From Candidatus Latescibacterota bacterium (GTDB lineage: Bacteria; Latescibacterota; CBDEFO01), in contig OZ252149.1 of NCBI GenBank assembly GCA_965248755.1, positions 1,088,001 to 1,152,000 on the forward strand: a stretch of DNA of 64,000 bases, read 5' to 3'. Below the pieces are notes generated by a model. It was not told where the DNA came from. It did not search any database and was given only the letters and a program-made list of their open reading frames with translations. Positions 1-9,769 of the stretch are shown one piece after another (within the stretch, counting starts at the first letter, position 1; each line of letters begins with the position of its first letter). The position numbers and the translations under genes are program-made.

Positions 1-94
1 AGGGAATCTCTAAGATGAGATGGAAAGTCTTCTATATTGTTATGATCCTGTGAGTTCCTTTGAATGTATCTGCCTTGCACAGGATCTTTTCAAC

Positions 95-277
95 ACCAAG
101 ATCGCCTTTGTGTCATTCCATGCTGGAAAAAGGGTAATTTACGTGATGAGCGCTGAAGGGGCACGCCAGGGACGGTTGCCGACAATATGGAGGATTACAT
201 GTACTGGCACCTTTCTTGGTCCCGGACGGGATTAACATAGCCTTTGTGTCAAGACGCTATGGCAATGCTGGTATCAG
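95..277 (+). pseudogene. TolB-like PD40 (WD40-like beta-propeller) repeat fragment, frameshifted
   Basis: TKIAFVSFHAGKRVIYVMSAEGARQGRL, then in another frame PDGINIAFVSRRYGN. Both match the PD40 pattern SPDGxxIAFVS..G..IYVM. Confidence 0.55.
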
Positions 278-326
278 ATGACATAAAGAAGGGCCCGATG
301 GAGTAGAGACCCTAAGGAGATCCCCC

Positions 327-1358
327 ATGAAAATTGCTATTCTTCACGGTCCGAGAGACCTTCGCCTTGAGGAGCAGTCCCTCAACACTGACAATCTGAA
401 GCCAGACGAAATCTGGACCAAGACTCAGATTTCCGCTTTTAAAATCGGGACCGACCGCGGCAACTACGAAGGAGCCGAAAGGGTCCCGGGCGCACCCGAC
501 TACCCCAGATGGGTCGGCGACAGCAATCTGGGCATTGTGAAGGGTGTGGGCAAAGAGGTCACCCGTTTTCAGGTGGGAGATCGAGTGGTGACCAGGCAGC
601 CTCATCAATCCGAATACATAACCGACCAGGCAGACAGCATGGTCAAAGTCCAGGATGGCGTGGATTCAGAGGATGCTGTCTTTGCCCACCTCTACGCTCT
701 CAGCTCCCTCTGTTATCGTAAAGCCCATTTCCAACCGGGGGAAAATGTAGCGGTCGTCGGTCTGGGCGTGCTCGGACTGGGTGCGGTTGCTCTCGGCCCG
801 CTCTTCGGAGCCCGTGTGGTGAGTCTTGGCAATAGCCCCATCCGCTTGGAAATGGCAGATCGGATGGGTGCTCATGCCGCCTACATGTCCGACGATCCTG
901 ACCTCGAAGCAAAGCTGGACACCTTTACTGACGGCGTGGGCCTCGACCTGGTTATCCTCACTGCGAATCCCTGGCCTGCTTACCGTACAGCCCTGCAGAT
1001 CGTTCGGCCAAACGGTCGCGTTTCCATCGTCAGCCTCCTCGGTCGCGGAGAGACCCCGCTGGATTTTAATCCGCTGTCTATGGATCTTTTCTATATCAAA
1101 GGTATTTCACTGATCGCTGTCTCGGGACCAGCGGGTTATTTATACCCGAACGACACCCAATACGCTACTATGGTGGAAGACCGCTTCGCAGCGGATCGGG
1201 ACTGTGCCTATATCCTCTCCCTGATGGAAGAGGGTCGCCTGGAGCCCAAACGCCTGATCACTCACCGCTTCCACTATACCGAGATGGTCGAGGTCTACGA
1301 GATGGCCTACCGCAGAGAGAAGTCCATGTTGGGCGTCATTTTCAACTGGCGGGATTAG
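327..1358 (+). CDS. MDR superfamily (zinc-binding-type) dehydrogenase
   Basis: GroES-like N-terminus (GKEVTRFQVGDRV), Rossmann motif VVGLGVLG, C-terminal LITHRF; RBS AAGGAG. Canonical Zn ligands (C-x-[ST]D, GHE) are not seen. Confidence 0.85.
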   Translation: MKIAILHGPRDLRLEEQSLNTDNLKPDEIWTKTQISAFKIGTDRGNYEGAERVPGAPDYPRWVGDSNLGIVKGVGKEVTRFQVGDRVVTRQPHQSEYITDQADSMVKVQDGVDSEDAVFAHLYALSSLCYRKAHFQPGENVAVVGLGVLGLGAVALGPLFGARVVSLGNSPIRLEMADRMGAHAAYMSDDPDLEAKLDTFTDGVGLDLVILTANPWPAYRTALQIVRPNGRVSIVSLLGRGETPLDFNPLSMDLFYIKGISLIAVSGPAGYLYPNDTQYATMVEDRFAADRDCAYILSLMEEGRLEPKRLITHRFHYTEMVEVYEMAYRREKSMLGVIFNWRD

Positions 1359-1380
1359 GGCTTTGCGGGATTAGGGCTTT
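1349..1380 (+). repeat. 16-bp tandem duplication GCGGGATTAGGGCTTT x2 over the stop codon
   Basis: Direct reading of the sequence. Confidence 0.9.
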
Positions 1381-1519
1381 TAGGAGTCTCAAAAGGTGCG
1401 CTTGGATAGTCGGATAGCTTTGGGTTAGCCGGAAGTGCGGAAACCCCTATTGACAGTGACTCAAAAACGAGTGTAGAAGTGACCTAGTAGAGCGATGATT
1501 CAAGGAAGATAGACAGATG

Positions 1520-2710
1520 TCAAATGTCTCCTCTCATCATTGCTCTACCTGACCTAACTGCCCTTTCCCCAAATTGCTTACGTAGTGAGTCGACTGCTTT
1601 TTGTAATCGCTGCTTCTTTTCAAGTTCCTCATTCCACAACTTCAGTTGGCGGGCATCTCCACTCAAGTTTCTTACACCTACGCCTAACAACCTCACTGGC
1701 TGTCCCGGAATCCAATACCGTTCAAAGACACGAACCACTTCAGCATAGATCACCTCATCCAGATCGGTAGGATCTCTCATTGTGGCTTGCCTCTTCAGGG
1801 TCGTAAAATCGGGCCAGCGCAACTTCAATCTAACTGTACGGCAGGTTAAGCCTTTTCTCCTTAGTTCCCTACCAACTACCTCAGACCAAGCGTACAGAGC
1901 CCCTTTCAAGACATCCTCATCGGAAACATCCCGAGAAAACGTTTTCGCCTTGCTTATGGATTTCACCTGCAAGGTGCTTTCTATCGGACTTTCATCTATT
2001 CCCCTTGAGTGGAAGGCTAACCATCGTCCACGCACTCCGAAACGCCAGGCAAGGTATTCATCGGGCAAGCGGGCAAGATCACCGATGGTTTGGATGCCGA
2101 GTTCTTTAAAGGCTGCGGCTGTTTTTCGTCCTACACCCCAAAGGTCTGCAACCGGCAGCGGTGCAAGGAAAGCTGCTTCCTGACCAGGGGGCACCACCAT
2201 AATGGAACGAGGCGGACCGTCTTTCTGGACAGCATCTTTACCTATGTTATTAGCAACCTTAGCGACTACCTTATTACTTGCAACACCTATTGAACAAGGA
2301 AGACCCTGCTCATCCCATATGGAGACCTGTAACTGATGTGCCACCGCTTCTCCGGATACTGAGCAACGTGTCACATCCAGGAATGCTTCATCAATGGAGT
2401 ATTGCTCAACAACAGGAGTCCATCTATACATCAGTTCCATTACCTTTCCAGAGACAATTTCATATGACAGCTCCCGCCAAGGGACAATCGTTAACTTAGG
2501 ACAAAGTGTAACAGCCTTGGCCATAACCATTCCCGATCGGATTCCAAACTTTCGAGCCGGATACGAACAGGAGGCAACTACACCTCCTCGAGTCCTCGGT
2601 TGACCACCGACCGCGAAGGGCTTACCCCTGAGGGATGGATCTAATCGTTCTTCTACAGAACAGAAGAAGGCATCCATGTCAAGGTGTAATATTGTTCGAT
2701 TTGTAGGCAT
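1520..2710 (-). CDS. dinB: DNA polymerase IV (Y-family)
   Basis: HLDMDAFF and YSIDEAFLD catalytic motifs, SCSYPARKFG, WGVGRKT helix-hairpin-helix, C-terminal little-finger domain (VRLLGVGV). Confidence 0.95.
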   Translation of the reverse strand: MPTNRTILHLDMDAFFCSVEERLDPSLRGKPFAVGGQPRTRGGVVASCSYPARKFGIRSGMVMAKAVTLCPKLTIVPWRELSYEIVSGKVMELMYRWTPVVEQYSIDEAFLDVTRCSVSGEAVAHQLQVSIWDEQGLPCSIGVASNKVVAKVANNIGKDAVQKDGPPRSIMVVPPGQEAAFLAPLPVADLWGVGRKTAAAFKELGIQTIGDLARLPDEYLAWRFGVRGRWLAFHSRGIDESPIESTLQVKSISKAKTFSRDVSDEDVLKGALYAWSEVVGRELRRKGLTCRTVRLKLRWPDFTTLKRQATMRDPTDLDEVIYAEVVRVFERYWIPGQPVRLLGVGVRNLSGDARQLKLWNEELEKKQRLQKAVDSLRKQFGERAVRSGRAMMRGDI

Positions 2711-3225
2711 GACGTTAGGATTTTCAGAACAACCCCTAATTTAAAGACTATGTAAATAGAACATAAAGGGCTTTAGACTTTTCTGCAGTTATTTCAATAG
2801 TATTCCCGTCTGACACAAATAGTGGAACTATACATAAAGATACTATTCATACATATACTTGTCAAGGATTCTTTTAGTTCTCGACTGAGAATGTTCAATG
2901 AATTCTTTACATGATGAACATATAGAACCTAATACGGACTGTAGCTCCCTTCGATTTAGACAACAACTAAACAACCTGGGGTAGTATGTAAGTCTGTGCG
3001 TAAGCTTGAATGAATACTTGCTTGGGGAGACTTGGTGGACTTTGAGGAGGAAGAACAAATTTTAGCTTGACTTCTCAGAGGGAAATCTCTATCTTTTTCC
3101 CCATACGAAAAGCTAGATGAAATCCGGCAACATACCTTTTCCACTGCCCACACAGTTCCAAAATCGTTTAGAAAACCCTCGAAAAACGCATAAATTTATA
3201 CGAAATAGTAGAAACGACTCTTGTC

Positions 3226-3244
3226 CGCGATTGAACCTATCGGG
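3226..3244 (-). repeat. 19-nt palindromic micro-element, copy 1
   Basis: TC-[CGCGATTGAACCTATCGGG]-GA; reverse complement CCCGATAGGTTCAATCGCG. Confidence 0.8.
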
Positions 3245-3711
3245 GATTGCTGAGTTTACGTTGCCTAACATACTTAAAATAGATTTCTTACACATGGAAA
3301 TTCTCACGGCTCAACGGTTTGAAAGGGTTGTCTCAAAACTGTGCCCAAAATTAAGAGCTTTCGGTGGAGGTCCTGACGTCGGTGGCATAGAGGCCAAGGA
3401 TTCAATCCCGCACATCTAACTCCTTTCCTGAAGCCTATTGAGATGCTGCCCTCAAACATCTCTCCTGCCACAGGGTGGATCCCATTCAAGCACAGAAGTC
3501 CAACTATAGTCTGGCTAAGTAGCCAAGCCAGATGACGCCGCAACCCTGCCCGAGCGGTGGCTCCGCCGCGTAAGAAAGGCAGAGGACACATCAGCCATCA
3601 ACGAGATGTTGGCCGCGGATGCCCTATGATCCAGGAGGTCAGCTCATTCCGCTCCGTAAAGCGTGCTCTTATGTCGTCAAATTAAAACCCATTCCAGTGG
3701 AGGCACCCCTG

Positions 3712-4491
3712 ATGAGTTCCATAAATAATGTCGAGCGGTTCCGTAAGAGACTCGACGAAAACAAGATCTGCGTCGGCACGTCGGTGCAACTGTGTGATCC
3801 ATTAGTAAGCGAGCTGGCTGCGGAGGCCGGCAACGACTTTCTCTGGATCGAGATGGAACACTCCCACATGGGCCTTGCGGACGCGATGGGACACATCATG
3901 GCCTGTCGAGGTACGCAAACGGCGCCGCTTGTGCGGGTCTCCCATCCCGATCGTAATCTGATCAAGCCGTTCCTGGACCTGGCGCCGGCGGGAATCATCG
4001 TTTCCATGCTCGAGTCAGCCGACCAGACGTCGGAGATGGTTAAGGCATGCAAGTATCCACCGCAGGGCAACCGGGGATTTGGGCCGATCCGCAACATGTA
4101 CGGCAAGAACTCCATGGCAGAACACCTGGAGACGGCCGACGAACAGATCATGGTCTTCGCACACATCGAGACGATTCAAGCCGTGCGAGATCTGGATGCG
4201 ATCACGCGTATACCGGGGCTCGACGGGCTCAGCCTTGGCCGCAACGACCTCTCCGGGACGCTGAACAAGCTCGGCCAGCACACCGACCCTGAAGTTCTCG
4301 AAGCAATTGACACCGTCATCACGAAAGGAGTTGAGGCTGGACTGCATGTCGGCTGCTCGATCGGGACCGATCTAGATCAAGTCAGGGAGTGGCGCGCAAA
4401 GGGCATGAAGTGGTTCGCGCTGGGCGAAGAAGTCGGCCACATCTTTGACGGTGCCAAAACCATTGCAGACGAGGTACATGCAATGCAGTAG
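3712..4491 (+). CDS. HpcH/HpaI class II aldolase (2-keto-3-deoxy-sugar-acid aldolase type)
   Basis: WIEMEHS, PLVRV, KYPPQGNRGFGP, HIET and GRNDLS motifs. Start moved to ATG 3712 behind GGAGG. Confidence 0.9.
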   Translation: MSSINNVERFRKRLDENKICVGTSVQLCDPLVSELAAEAGNDFLWIEMEHSHMGLADAMGHIMACRGTQTAPLVRVSHPDRNLIKPFLDLAPAGIIVSMLESADQTSEMVKACKYPPQGNRGFGPIRNMYGKNSMAEHLETADEQIMVFAHIETIQAVRDLDAITRIPGLDGLSLGRNDLSGTLNKLGQHTDPEVLEAIDTVITKGVEAGLHVGCSIGTDLDQVREWRAKGMKWFALGEEVGHIFDGAKTIADEVHAMQ

Positions 4492-4576
4492 GTGATCGTC
4501 TTCCCACATGGTCGACGCAAACCAGAGCGAACGCTTAACGATCGGCTGGGTGCCTTGACCAGACGGGAATTTGGCA

Positions 4577-5200
4577 AGGACACAAAAGGCTGAAAAATGC
4601 ACTTGTCTTGACGTCACTGCTGCTCTGCGCCGCAATATATCAGGTCCGAGAGAGCCTCTTGGGTTACTAGCGGCTTCCCCGATAGGTTCAATCGGGAAGG
4701 ACTTCTCGAAGGGTGCTTTTGACGCGGCGGGTGCGAACTTCTATGTGTCTTGCGGTGAGCGCGCTCAGATGATACGCACGTGGGACGTCAATAACGACGA
4801 GAATATCGATCTGTATTTCGGTAACTCGCACGATCTGATAGAATACGAGCCATCACGGGTCTATCTTCAGCCAGATGGTAAGCCAAGTCCTGACGCAAGA
4901 TTAATGTTGCCCACGCGGCATTCATCTTCACAGTGCGTAAGCGACTTGGATGGTGAGGGTTATACAGACGTTATCATACTCAATTATATGTGGGTGCCCG
5001 ATCCTGTGGTTAGGGTTTCATCTACTGGGGTGGACCTGAAGGTCTGAGCCCTAAGTATCGGACTTCTATTCCGACGTTCTCTGCCCTGTAGGCGTCAGCG
5101 CTCGGGATGATGGTGGCTGCTTTCAACCACGACGGCTGGCCCGATCTTTCATTTTGCAATTTTTAAGCATGATCCTGGCGGTAACCATCGGACACTTTAC
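4577..5200 (+). pseudogene. Degenerate, internally deleted copy of the FG-GAP gene at 14293-17088
   Basis: Nucleotide homology to ~14278-14780, then a jump to ~16550-16650. Frameshifts, stops and a 19-nt insertion at 4678. Confidence 0.9.
4678..4696 (+). repeat. 19-nt palindromic micro-element, copy 2
   Basis: TTC-[CCCGATAGGTTCAATCGGG]-AAGGAC. The intact paralog reads TTCGAGGAC at ~14380. Confidence 0.9.
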
Positions 5201-5349
5201 ATTGCCGCGAACAATCGTATGGTGCTGATCGCCACCGTTGACAAGCCCCACCAGTAGGTGACGGCTCACCTGGAGGGACGGCGATTGGCGCTACGACGAG
5301 GTGCTCGCCACCGGGGTATGCGCGGGATCCCAGAATACAGGAGACTGAC

Positions 5350-6981
5350 ATGGAATCACAGATGGAGGCGCCGGGTACAAGGACAATTGCTCCAACCGTC
5401 CGACCAGTTACGGCCCGGAATATTGTAAACATTGTGCTGGAAGGCTGGAACGTCTGGTCTTCACGTTTTGTTTCCGCGCCCACGTGGACGTGGGGCGCCA
5501 TTCCGGACGCTGCGGGCTATGTTGTGAAGCTGGCGATCGGGAAACAGAAGGCGAAGGATTACAAGGTTGATCAGCCGCAGTTTGATATGTCAGATATCTG
5601 GGATCAACTGCCGATCGGCCCGATCGACGCGATGATCCTGGGCGTCGGAGCTGACGGCGCGGAAGTGTGCAATTCTCAGACGAAGAGTTTCTATAAGGTG
5701 CAGGGCTACGATGGTCGCAGGGCCGAGCCGTTGGATTGGGTTGCGGCCGTGCGGTGTAACATGGAGTATTTGCTGGCACCGCCGCGGGATCGTGTAGAGG
5801 ATTTCGAAAAAGGTTTACCGCGAGGCATCTGGTCGTGTATGGAGGACAGTGTGACGGGGCAGCGCTGGTCAAGCGTGGCGTGTCCCTGCCTGAACGGCGC
5901 TGGACACATCAGGTCGTTTCTGACTTTCTGTGCATATTTCCCCGATGATGAGATGGCAAGCGAAGCCAGACGTCAGGCGAAAGTGTTTGGTGATTGGTTC
6001 TTGGACAGTCGACATCCGAAAGAGTCGTACTGCAGCCTCTTTCCATACTCGGTGATTAAAGGCGGAGTACTGAAAGAAGGGGGCTACGGCAATACGATCT
6101 TCCGCGCAGCGCGTCTTGGCATCGTGATGATCGCTCTGTTTGAGACATTCGGCGACGAGGCATACCTGGAATATGCCCGGCACCTGGCCAACTTGCTCGC
6201 GAAGATTCAGCGGGACGACGGGTCATGGCCATTCCGCGTCGATCCGACAGATGGTTCGATTGTTCATGAGTACACTTCGAATATGGCGACGCAGGCTCGC
6301 TTCTTTGGCCTGCTTGAAGCGATCGAGCCGCACAGTGCGTACGAAAAGGCGCGTCGTAAAGCGATTCAGTGGATCATGAACAATCCGGTAAAGACGCGGC
6401 GCTGGGAGGGCATGTTCGAGGACATGGCGGAAGCACCACCGTACTCCAACCTGGAAAACTGGGCTGTCAACGAGACGATCAATTACCTGGTACACTATCG
6501 CGAGAACGATCCGGCTTACCTGGAGACGGCCGAGGAGCTGAACCGATGGGTCGAGGACCAGTTTGTCATCTGGCAAGAGGGAGATTCGTACGCGGTCGGC
6601 GACGGCCATATTGGCAATTCGGCGCTGCGTCCCAACTTGATCACGCCGACGCCTATGGTGCTCGAGCAATATGTATGCCCGTTCCCGATGGAGGCGCATA
6701 ATGGCAACTGGCTGCTGGCGCTGCTTGCGTTGCATCGGGCGACGCAGAAGGAAGAGTATTTCAATAAGGCCGTCGCTGCGGCCAATGCGATCGTTCGGGG
6801 CCAGCAGGAAAGCGGGGCGTTTTCCACTTGGGGATTCGATCTTCGCTTCGATCGGCCCCTGTCCAAGCTGAACTGGCCGGGTTACAATGCCTGCGCGAAC
6901 ACCGCCTTGATGTATTGTGATCAGTACTGCAAGGCGCGTGCAAAGGGCGAGTCGTTTGACATCGGGCTGCGAGGTGTTTGA
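5350..6981 (+). CDS. Hypothetical protein, probable (alpha/alpha) toroid glycosidase/lyase-like fold
   Basis: 543-aa ORF with RBS AGGAG and helical repeats with QRDDGSWPF and QQESGAF turns. No family recognised with certainty. Confidence 0.6.
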   Translation: MESQMEAPGTRTIAPTVRPVTARNIVNIVLEGWNVWSSRFVSAPTWTWGAIPDAAGYVVKLAIGKQKAKDYKVDQPQFDMSDIWDQLPIGPIDAMILGVGADGAEVCNSQTKSFYKVQGYDGRRAEPLDWVAAVRCNMEYLLAPPRDRVEDFEKGLPRGIWSCMEDSVTGQRWSSVACPCLNGAGHIRSFLTFCAYFPDDEMASEARRQAKVFGDWFLDSRHPKESYCSLFPYSVIKGGVLKEGGYGNTIFRAARLGIVMIALFETFGDEAYLEYARHLANLLAKIQRDDGSWPFRVDPTDGSIVHEYTSNMATQARFFGLLEAIEPHSAYEKARRKAIQWIMNNPVKTRRWEGMFEDMAEAPPYSNLENWAVNETINYLVHYRENDPAYLETAEELNRWVEDQFVIWQEGDSYAVGDGHIGNSALRPNLITPTPMVLEQYVCPFPMEAHNGNWLLALLALHRATQKEEYFNKAVAAANAIVRGQQESGAFSTWGFDLRFDRPLSKLNWPGYNACANTALMYCDQYCKARAKGESFDIGLRGV

Positions 6982-7250
6982 CTTGCCCCAGTGCGGGTTA
7001 GAGTAGTGATTGGTCCCCGTTATCTCGGGACAGAGAAGTAGATGCCACACACAGATGCATATCTATGGCGGGTGGACGGGGGCTGAAAGCTGGGCATAAG
7101 CGACGGTGGAAATGATTGAGGCATTGGATTACGGTTAATAGGGAAGGTTTGGGTTTCCGCTTGTGATCAGCTACCAAACCTCTCTGCAAGGTGAGGTGAT
7201 CTCATGATAACGGAGCTAATGGTATTGAGTTACGTGGTGGGTTTTACAGC

Positions 7251-8315
7251 GTGGAGACTATAGGTGTGGCTAGTGCTGGTGAACCGATCCAGCCGGTGTT
7301 TGAACTCTACATGGAAGAAGTCGATGTCTGGAAGAGCCAGTGGAACTTTCACCGCAGTGTGGATGGAGAGCTAGTTCTGATAGGCTCCGGGTCCGCCATA
7401 ACCAGCAGCGATGAGGGTCGAACCTGGCACGATTGGCCGGATATCAGCATGTGGCCGCAGGGTGGTATTGAAGCGATTGCTCGGCGCGGCGACGAACTGT
7501 TCATTCAGGGCGGCGACACGCGCATCTGGCGCTCGCAGGACGAAGGCAAGACGTGGTCCGGTGGGCAACACCTGCTCATGTGGCCCAAGCACTTTCAACT
7601 CGAAAACGGTAAGAAGTTGCTATGGACGCCGACCGGTGATAGGATTCTGGTGACTAAAGAGAACCTGTTGCTGGTCGGCGTTGATTTCCTGTTGGGGGGT
7701 GAAGGGCCGGGACCGGAACTTGTCGGCGCGCTTGTCAGCGAAGACAGCGGACAGACGTGGCGGCTGTATGAGTTGTTTGGTCCGCCGCCGGGTTTTCGTG
7801 ATCAGCCTGAAGGTTTTGGTGAGCCGAAGCTGGTGGAGCTGGCCGATGGCCGTATCTGGATGGTCTTTCGCACCTGTCTGGGTCATTTGTGGCAGGCGTT
7901 TTCCGAGGATGGCGGGCGAACGTGGGGTAAGCCGTCTTCGACCGGCCTGGTCTCACCGTTGGCGCCGCTTAATGCCCAGCGTGTGCCCGGAAGCGACGCG
8001 GTCGTGGTCGTGTGGAGTCACGCCAAACCAACCGACTCGACGGTCTGGCGTTCCGAGTATAACTACTGGTTCCCGCGCGCCCCGATGGTCTTTGCCGTCA
8101 GCCACGACCACTGCAAGAGCTGGAGCCGGCCGGTCATCGTCACTGAGACTGAGGGCTTTATGCGGAACATTTACTTTTCCGACAAAGCAATGTTCATCAA
8201 CTACGAGGAAGGCACCAGTGCAGAGCACTGGGTGAAAGGATTTCGCTACCTACCGAAGCTTGTGATTTACGACTTGAAATATGTGTTGGCGCTGCAACCC
8301 CAAGAAAAAGGATAA
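7251..8315 (+). CDS. BNR/Asp-box beta-propeller protein (sialidase-like)
   Basis: Asp-boxes SSDEGRTW, SQDEGKTW, SEDSGQTW, SEDGGRTW, SHDHCKSW; also EPKLVELADGRIWMVFR. Confidence 0.85.
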   Translation: METIGVASAGEPIQPVFELYMEEVDVWKSQWNFHRSVDGELVLIGSGSAITSSDEGRTWHDWPDISMWPQGGIEAIARRGDELFIQGGDTRIWRSQDEGKTWSGGQHLLMWPKHFQLENGKKLLWTPTGDRILVTKENLLLVGVDFLLGGEGPGPELVGALVSEDSGQTWRLYELFGPPPGFRDQPEGFGEPKLVELADGRIWMVFRTCLGHLWQAFSEDGGRTWGKPSSTGLVSPLAPLNAQRVPGSDAVVVVWSHAKPTDSTVWRSEYNYWFPRAPMVFAVSHDHCKSWSRPVIVTETEGFMRNIYFSDKAMFINYEEGTSAEHWVKGFRYLPKLVIYDLKYVLALQPQEKG

Positions 8316-8318
8316 TCA

Positions 8319-9690
8319 TTGGTCTCTGGGAGAATTGAACAGATAAGAAGCATAATCTCTGGTGCAATTGTGCTACTGAGTTTTTCCGAATTCTGCCATG
8401 CCGACGATCCTATGGAATTGCCCAGAGCCTCTTCGGCTGACGTGGCGGGATGGCAGCCACATGTGGTCCGACAACTAAACGGCAGGGCCGGGCAAATCCG
8501 GCTCCCTGCACAGTTCCAGATCGTCACCCAGAGTTGGAACAGGGTAGTAGCTGTGCCCTACGTTATCTATATGCCGGAGAAGGATCGGCTGCTCATGCTG
8601 GTCAATTGCGATTATCCGCATATCCCCTATATCATGACCAGCGACGATCATGGAGCCACTTGGACTGATCCTCGTCCGGTGAGTGTCGACAAGGATGGGA
8701 AGCCCTTGCATATTGGTCTGGGAACGAGCCTAACTTATCTCGGCAGTGGGAATACACTCTTGTATGCGGGCACCCGCCGCTGGTTCAGCAGGGACTACGG
8801 TAAGACCTGGGGCGACACCGTTCCGATCACCCCGGCTTCTGACGGAAGGGGTTGGCACATCTGGGACCCACCGTTGGTCGAACGAGACCAGAAGACCGGC
8901 AAAGTCATCCGGCTTGCCGAGACGGGCTACTCCTGGTTGCTGACCTCCCGAGGTCGAGCACGCCTATCAACGGGGCTATATCCGCTTCAGTGCCGACGAA
9001 GGGAAAACCTGGAGCAAGAGTATCAGGGTGTCGCAATGGAAAGGCGTCAGTGAGGTCGCTCTCGTTCGCGCCGGCAACGGCGACCTCATCGGCGCTTGCA
9101 GGACCGATATTCCACGGCGGATAGAGTCGGGTCTGGACCACTTCGAAGACCTCGGGATCTCCGTCTCCAAAGACGATGGCAACACGTGGTCAACTGTTGA
9201 GAAGCTCTACGATTACGGTCGCCATCACCCGTCCCTGATTCTGATGCCCAATATGGACATCGTGATGACATATGTCGTCCGCTTGGGGTACGTCGAAAGC
9301 TTGGATGGCTTTCCCCAGTTCGGGGTGGTAGCGGTGGTCAGCCACGACCACGGACGGACGTGGGATCTGGACCACCGCTACATTCTCCATGCGTGGGTGG
9401 GCAACCGTAAGGGGCCAGATGAGGACGGCATCGGGCGCGCTTATTGGCCGAGCCCGCAGGCTACCTCTTCGGTGCTGCTTCCGGACGGGTCAATCCTGAC
9501 CGTCTTTGGGACAGGCTACCGCAGTAAGCCGGGTCTGAGTGAGGATGGCACCGGTACAAGCAAGTTCGCTCCAAGAGACGTCGGGGTTGTCCACTGGCGT
9601 ACCAGCTCTGAATCCCTAAACGCCGATCGGACAATTCGTGACGCGGCATTCGACTCTGATCACCGCAACATCTTTGATCCGTCGCCCTGA
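8319..9690 (+). pseudogene. Sialidase-like BNR protein split by a +1 frameshift near 8940
   Basis: ORFs 8319-9053 and 9028-9690 together match paralog 17136-18452. TGG TTG CTG A CCT CCC here versus TGG TTC AAA CCT CCC in the paralog. Could also be an assembly error. Confidence 0.85.
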
Positions 9691-9769
9691 GGTCAATACG
9701 ACCTGTCCATGGCAAAAGCGGACCGGTCATTGCTGTAATGGTCCTGGATAGCCCTACGAAAAAACAGAA

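Noticed and set aside
2715..3345. IS/MITE-like ends around dinB (GGGGTTGTTCTGAAAA, GGGTTGTCTCAAAA) and short ORFs at 2843-3591
   Set aside because: No matched IR pair with a TSD, no transposase, and no recognisable protein motifs.
7013..7031. GTCCCCGTTATCTCGGGAC as a sixth micro-element copy
   Set aside because: Shorter, with a different core; it does not fit the 19-nt TC^GA pattern.
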